Shown here: one piece after another, positions 63,111 to 64,000 of the stretch | Numbering within the stretch: position 1 is the first letter of the stretch | How the letters are laid out: the number at the start of each line of letters is the position of its first letter | Assembly: GCA_015680685.1 (NCBI GenBank) | Contig: MNCI01000967.1 | Span: forward strand, 294,458-358,457 | Source of the DNA: Gnetum montanum | Taxonomy: Eukaryota; Plantae; Gnetophyta | Direction of reading: 5' to 3' | DNA length: 64,000 nucleotides | Made by a program: the position numbers and the translations under genes | Notes under the pieces: model-generated | Seen by the model: only the letters and a program-made list of their open reading frames with translations | Told to the model about the DNA's origin: nothing | The model's database searches: none

Positions 63111-64000
63111 CATAGATCAAGTCATGAGAGTTGCTATTTGCAAAAAATGGATAACTTCGAAAACTATATAAAAATGAGTAAGTCTAAAAATGATAGAAAA
63201 TTAGCTAAGTGTTGAAACTAAAAAAAAATGGCCAAGTATGGAGACTACACTCTCTACATTGAGAGCTAACTATGCTCCACACCAACTACACTCTCTATGA
63301 TAAGAGAATGAAGACTTTTAAAAAATGGTGGAGAGAAGGCAATTTGGGTTGCCACGTGGGGTCCTAGGGAAACTAACAATGGGGTCCAATCTACATTGAT
63401 AGAGGTGTGGAGAGCATGTGAGCCAATGACCAATAGAGAGTGGAGAAGGAAATAGATCGGCCCTTCTTCTAACACCAAAAACTATAATGATCAAAAATGT
63501 CAGTAGCTGGAATCATCAAGGGGTCAACAGATGCACAACCTTACCTTACCTTTGCATGAGGGCCTACTGGGAGTAGAGGAAAAGTGCCTTGAATGGTCTT
63601 GCTAATCAGATAAGGACTTTACCAATTGTAGCTAGGGTGGTGGATGCAAATAGGGGTGGCATGGTTAGCTGAGATTCAAATGCAAATGGTGCTAAGTGTT
63701 TAAGTAGTGTTTGTGGTGGTGTAGAGCATAGTCATGGGGTGCATGAGGGTAAGCATAGTTAATGGTTTTGACCAAAATGAGGGTGCTAGCACATGGAGAC
63801 TATTGCTCGAGCATATTTGTAACATGACCATGAGTTGAAAATGCAAAAAATGCAAATATAATGTGAAAAATGTAGGAGAAAGAAATAGAACATCGCCCCA
63901 AATGAAGTTGAGTGTAGTTAAATTCAAAAAGGGTTTAGAAGGTATGAGGTGTATAATAGGTGTAGTGGAAAGCATAGTCACAGTCTTGGTGGTATTAGGC

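Larger units (their letters stand above)
55528..64000 (-). mobile_element. Non-autonomous Tat derivative: 3' LTR 55528-57570, PPT 57571-57586, gag-PR only, PBS 63461-63477, 5' LTR from 63483 off window
   Basis: 63483-64000 repeats 55528-56050; LTR start tgaaacatc and PPT as in main element; no RT/INT between PR and 3' UTR; ~60-bp tandem units 56880-57340. Confidence 0.85.

Overview
Repeat-dense land-plant DNA made almost entirely of nested LTR retrotransposons; no intact host gene is evident. The centrepiece (~7607-24849, +) is a fairly young Ty3/Gypsy Tat-clade element with a tRNA-Asn PBS and domain order gag-PR / RT-RH-aRH-INT. Its pol is split by a 5.4-kb spacer between protease and RT. 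By hand-splicing, that spacer holds an 8-exon antisense gene (18138->13815, ~1062 aa, one premature stop). The gene encodes a degenerate FCP1/NIF (HAD) phosphatase-like domain, a plant-transposon-protein-like domain and a coiled coil. Arrays of a small covarying H-type pseudoknot motif (stem-loop + NNTAAAC + loop-complementary tail) sit after the PR stop, before RT and after the INT stop, and recur in two older relatives (31211-47501 and 55528->64000, both minus) that retain essentially only gag-PR. Also present: the 5' end of an Athila-like element, Copia, SIRE and LINE remnants, a solo LTR carrying an aminoacylase fragment, a dehydroquinate-synthase fragment, a circularly permuted xanthine-dehydrogenase fragment that looks like a back-splice (circRNA) retrocopy, a perfect 33-bp tandem array and a 459-N gap. 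All domain calls are by eye from motif recall, not from database searches.
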